Shown here piece after piece: positions 50,126-64,000 of a stretch of DNA of 64,000 nt. Location: NCBI GenBank assembly GCA_013239625.1, contig MU054338.1:5184724-5248723 (forward strand). Reading direction: 5' to 3'. The first letter of the stretch is position 1. Every line of letters starts with the position of its first letter. This stretch comes from Lama guanicoe. Its lineage: Eukaryota. The position numbers and the translations under genes were made by a program. The notes below the pieces were generated by a model that had not been told where the DNA came from, did no database searches, and worked only from the letters and a program-made list of their open reading frames with translations.

Positions 50126-50479
50126 GAGCTGGAACTCACTTCCCCTCACCCAAGGAGATGAGTGTCAGAAGACATTGGGGATGGCCACAGGCTCAGGCGT
50201 GGGGATGGAAAGGCAACACTTAGGGACAAGACAGGAAGCCCATGAGCCTTTGAGCCTGGAGAAGAGGGGCCTCTGGGTCTCCCACGGGAAGAGAGGGCAG
50301 CGTGTGGGGCTGTGGGGAGCCGATCACAGCACGTGGCAATGCGTGGGTCAAGGCCCCTGCACGGAGCTCACTTAGGAAGAAGGAGGAGGTCCCCTGAGGC
50401 TAAATCAGCCTGGATGGAGCTTTACTCGGCGATGGCAGCTTACGAGTTACACACCATCACCCCTACAGCACCACACTGC

Positions 50480-53400
50480 AACGATCCCACTTCATTTATT
50501 ACCAAAATATCACAGAATTCCAGTCATCGTTAACATACAAGTGTTAAACACAAACCTGTCACCTGTGAAAAGAACTAAGTATTCGGACAATCGAGTCGTT
50601 TGGAATCGTCAACACCCCAAACCGTTATCACTCCAGACTCCAAAAATACACTTTGAGAGCTTTGGAAACTGAATTAAAATGTCTACACAGCTATGAACAA
50701 TTGTTTAATAAAACTTTTTCATGTTTCCATTACATGTAAATATATCAATTTGGCATCTCTATAAAAACTCTGAAAATGGTGCAAAAGTTTCATTCTCTTT
50801 GAGAAAGCCATTGACAAAAAATATTCACACTTCACTAAAATTTTGAAAAATGGTCTTCTTTCAAAGCTTCTTTATTAATCTGAAATCTTCTGGATTATCA
50901 AAATCTAGGTTTGCTTTTTCCTCCTAAAACACTAAAGAACATTTATTCACAAGGATAAAAAGGCGAATTGGGGAAATGGAAAACTGAGGACTTTTTCCCT
51001 GAAAATAAAAAAAAAACCAAAAAACAAAAAAAATTTTTTGAAAGCTAATTACATAAGCATCCTCCAAAGAACACAATGGGACCCACTTCACCGGCGGCTT
51101 TGCACAGCAGTGTCATACTTTATTGAAAACAAACCCATGTAAAAACAAAGTTAAAATGAAAAATGGTACCTGAAAAATAAATTATTTTATATAAAACAAA
51201 TCAATAACTTAAAACACACTAATATACAAAACGTCTGGCCATCTACTGTACAACATGGGAACCAGTTGGTAAAGTGCCCCCCCACCCCCGAGCAAGTCAC
51301 TGTAAACAAGCGTTACATGGTAGAGGTGGCCCCAACCACGGACAAGCCTTCTCTCCTGGTGGAAGTGAAATACAGTCTCTCGAGTCGCCGCTCAAGCCAT
51401 CAGTCAGCCTACCTGAGCTCCTCGCGGTGACTGACAAGTAGTGATTTATTTATTTGTTGTAATGACCAAGCAGAAAACTGAACTTTGTCACCAAAGGGTT
51501 GTGGAAAAATACAATCATTAGAAGTCACAGGCAAACCCCAAGGTGTGGACACACAAACCCTGCCAGAGGTCGGGGATTCAGGCCCCACCGCTACCGTGAG
51601 CAGGTGCCAGTCACCGGCGCCCATTCACAGAAAGCACTGGTGGCTTCAGCTGGGGCCAGGCCTGGGGCGCTGAGGGACAGCAGGAGGGGCTTCCTGAGGA
51701 GCTGCCTCAGGTCCCAGGAGGTGCCAGAGGTCCTGGGAAGATAGGAAGGGTTTCAGGTGGAGGGCTGCGGCGCGGGGGTCGGGGAAAGAGGCCCCTGGCT
51801 GCTTATTCTTATTCTCCACTATCCAACCCATGAAGGCTGCAAAAAGCACAGAGGTCAAGCCAGGCGGAATCGGATGTGAAACAGAACAGCTGGGAGGTGT
51901 TAATTCTGACGTTCAAGGCTGGAAGCCGACGGGGGCCGGTCCATGGCCCTAGTCTGGAGGCAACCCAGGGTAAGTTATTGCCAGTAACTGTCTTTGGAGT
52001 CACCTGTCTGTCTGACCCAGCGGGGCACCCCCTTCCCTAGAGCAGCACGGTTCAGACCCTGGCCCCTGGGTTGCCAGCGCTGACACCAAGAGCGGATTCT
52101 CAAAGGTTAAGGCAGCTGCCCTTGGCAGGGGAAAGACTCACCTTCTGGGAATAAAGAAGGTGGAACTCACCCAGCACCACCTGCCCAGAGGCTGAGAAAG
52201 CCCAGCGTTCAGCTTTTTTGGCAAGCAGGTGGCACTGGGGGGAATCCCTGCCACAGGACGTGTGGCTGGAGGCACAGCCACTGCAGAAAACCACTGCTTG
52301 GCATGTTACATCGAAAGGCTAAAGAAAGGCAGAGCCAAGGGGTGAAAAATCGGTAACTCAGTCAGAACCAGGTTCACAGATTTGGAGCCGCTTGCTGAAG
52401 GCCTATCAGGGGAAGTCACACAGGCCAAGAGAGAACGCCGTCAGAGCCTCTTTGGTATTTATGTACCAAACCAAACTTTAGATAAATTAACATCATCTAC
52501 TCTTAATTCTTTCTCATCAAAATTCCCAAGTAAAAGGAGAGCATTCATTTTACGAAGCACAAATATGATTGATCTATGTTAAAAAAAATTGTTTCAAACA
52601 GTTTCTTCTAGATTGTGGTTTCAGAAACTGGGATCTTCTTTTTGCAAACAAGCCTAGAGAAGATGTGATGAACTTTTTGGACACAGGCCAGCATCTGGCA
52701 CTTCCCTGGACAATTATTTTTCAGGAGTAACATGTCAAAAGTAAAATACTTCCACACACTTGAAAATTAAAAGTCCCAAAGAAACACTGGGGTTTTTAGC
52801 TAGAAGGCTGCGCAGAGTGGGCACCACGTAAAACGAGCAGCTTACTGAACTGAGAAACTCCAGGCAACTTTCAAAGTTCCATCATACATACTTCCTGGTT
52901 CCTTCCCATCTGTGCCAGCATCAGGGTAGTAGTATGGTTCAAATAAGAGAAGGGAGGACAGAAGCTGCGGCAGGTGCTGGCTGTGGGCCCGTCATTTCAG
53001 TCTATGCTTCCAACAGAATTCTCGACAGACGTACAACACTAGCAGGGCTGGCAGGAACGTGTGTCAGTGAGGACACTTATGGGTCACTTTTAGACCTGGG
53101 AATGTCATCTTCATTGAGATGTTGGCCCGAGGCTAGCAAAACCTAAAAGGCATATTTTTCCAGGAACGCATCCCAGTCCCGGGGTGAAGAGCACTCTAGG
53201 GCAGAGCAGGGACCTTCTTTGTGTCAAATCCAGGCAAACGAGCCTTGGTTCCAGGAGGAGGCACATAAGCTGGCTTTGACTTAGCATCTGGAAAATTCTG
53301 CTGGAGGGAGGGGACCTCCCCTGGCACTCAGCCAACTTATGAGACCAGGCCTCAAGGTATGAACTTGGTTGGCCCTTTGTGAGAGAAAAATATGGCAACA

Positions 53401-55131
53401 TCTTACATTTGGGAGGGTAATGCAAGCAGCTGGCAGCCTCTCAATGAAGTAGGAGGGAAACGGGGTGGGGACAGGCCCAGGGGCCTCTTGGGACACTGTG
53501 CCGCTCCGGTGAAGGCCACTTAAATAAATAAATAGATAGATAAATAGATAAATAATGCCACAATTCCATGACATCGGTAACTACAACTTGCCTATCGTTC
53601 CATGTTTCAGTCTCACGTCGAGGTTAAAAGCTGCTGGTACTAAGCTATCCTGTTTTGATTCCCTCACACACTTATTATTTCTAAAAATCAGAGCGTGCTC
53701 CTGAGGAGCGGCCTGGAGACCTGGCCCTGCCCGCTCACTTCTCAGGCCTCCCTCATACTCTCCCTGCTGGCTCCCTGCTGTCAACAACACCATCTGTGAC
53801 TGCACAGGCCCACGTCACAGCTCTGTCGTGAGGCAAGTACATCTGTTTCTTAAGATCTTATAAATCCTCCCTGAAGGCTGGGCAGTCTGTACCTTACCTA
53901 GCCAAAAAGAAAGAAAAGGTAAAATAAAAAACAAAACAAAATTCGAGCAAAACAAAATCAAATTTAATGGTCTTAAATGCAAAAGTAAAAACAAACAAAA
54001 AACACAAAAAAAGCAAAAGAAAATTAACAGAACAACCCAAATTTCAAGGCAGTTATGAAGAGAACTTGGAGGGTTAATCTTTAAAACTACAAATCAAAGG
54101 GTTTTTGTCGTTGTTGTTAACAGGTAACTGGCAGGAAGTAAGTAACTTTTCTGCTGAGTGTTCATAGGAAAGCAAAGTTTCAAAACAAAACCCGACTAAA
54201 ATAGAAGAAAGTCTAGCGCTCACGAGAAGGGATGCGAGAAATACAATGCTCAAATGTTTCTGGGTCATTAAAAAACAGAGCTATCTTAACGCATTCGAGC
54301 CGTGTTCAATGCTCTTGGAAACTGGAGAAATGATTGTGAACAACAGAATCCGATGTGTGGGGCACCGTGCATGCAATGTGTGGACAGAAATTCGGGAAGT
54401 CAGAGGAGCAACACATCTTCAGGCGTGCCTGGAGCTGAGATCTGACTCTGGAATACACTGGAGTTTCCCTGAAACTCTTTGGTCCGTTCCCATTGGCGCC
54501 TGGGCTTACGGGAACCCACTTGCGTCCTCTGCAGGGCCCGGCCCGGGCCCCCCACCTCAGGGGTCACCAAGGCAGACGGGCCGCCGTTGCCAGGGCCCCT
54601 CAGCTGAGCGAGCAGGAGGCGGCAATGGGACCTGCCTGGGAAAGCAATTTCCTGTCAATCAAAGCAGAAATCGCTTAAAATGTTGAAGCAGGCGAGCAAA
54701 CGCACACTCAGCATCTGTCTAACATCTTTAGTTTCCAAACTAAAACTAAAAGGTCATATCTCGTTTTTGTTTATTTCTATCCAGTTGTGGAGACATCAAA
54801 TGAGACGCGTGTCAGTCTCAGAAGTGAAAGCCTGCTTCAGTCTCACCACCGTCCCGAGGGACTGGTCAGGCAACGCGGTCTACTGAGACTTCTGTTTAAT
54901 ATATATTTTAAAGGAAATAACTTAAGAAACTTAAAATTGGTCTAACATTGTGGGATTTCAAACATTTGAACATGTCGGTTGCATCCCAGAGTATAAAAAC
55001 CTTTTCACTTCTCATTTAGACTAAGACAAACACTTGTGAAAATTGGCGCAAAATGAGTTGTACACTAACAAAAAAGTTTCAACTTCTTTCACTCTTAATT
55101 ATCTATTCCGTACAAAAAAAGCATGAGCGAG
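50480..55131 (-). other. ELAVL1: ELAVL1 long 3'UTR with tandem poly(A) signals and AU/GU-rich elements
   Basis: Minus-strand ATTAAA at 54895-54900 and 53963-53968. AATAAA at 51119-51124, 50942-50947, 50871-50876 and 50495-50500 (distal). AUUUA cluster 53521-53555. No obvious interspersed repeats. Confidence 0.85.
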
Positions 55132-63561
<8,430 letters not shown>

Positions 63562-64000
63562 TCAAGTGAGAAGCCAACCCTCTGGTAGGAGGTCACGTGA
63601 GCACTCATCACTGGCGGCAGCCCGTGCTGGCAGCTCCCCTCGGGCACCCTGATGAGGCAGATGTTACTCCTGTTTCATAAAGTCGAGAGACTCAGGGCCC
63701 AAAGCTGGTCGGCAGCAGGGCAGACCCAATCCGGGCTGCTTGTTCCACCCCCTCAACGGCCTCAGGCCTCTCTGGACAACGAGCAGGGCTGAGAACACCA
63801 CCTGGTCCTTTCTGTGAGGAGCCCAGGGCAAGGCAGTGAGAGCTGGGTTTTGCTGGGAGTGTGACACCCGACTGCCAGCAGGCAAGCTTGCCAGCAGGGA
63901 GCTCAGACAGGGCTCGAGGCCTGGGGGAGCCCACACGAGCCCACACGTGTTTTTTGGCTTTATGCTTTGCAAAACTGAAGGAAAGCTAAAAGGAACTTCT

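Overview
Mammalian, GC-rich, gene-dense DNA with the same gene order as human 19p13.2: LRRC8E (last exon, +), MAP2K7 (+), TGFBR3L (+), SNAPC2 (+), CTXN1 (-), TIMM44 (-), a ~13 kb repeat-rich intergenic gap, then ELAVL1/HuR (-, last three coding exons and ~4.6 kb 3'UTR). tRNA-derived SINEs of the camelid type suggest a camel/alpaca-like genome. I rebuilt exon structures by hand from GT-AG boundaries and reading frame: MAP2K7 419 aa, TGFBR3L 285 aa, SNAPC2 337 aa, CTXN1 82 aa, TIMM44 455 aa. Most entries in the supplied ORF track are GC-rich noise. I found no new protein-coding system. The notable items are RNA-processing and regulatory micro-features: a MAP2K7 stop codon overlapping a splice donor (alternative C-terminus), a start-stop uORF in CTXN1, a stop-inserting CAGTAG acceptor and a candidate poison exon in TIMM44, a 3'ss|5'ss motif beside the HuR poly(A) switch, an SF-1/PITX1/EGR1-like cluster at the TGFBR3L promoter, and an exact 93-bp templated insertion with a repair-like scar in an ELAVL1 intron. 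Comparisons to human or mouse proteins are from memory, not from a search.
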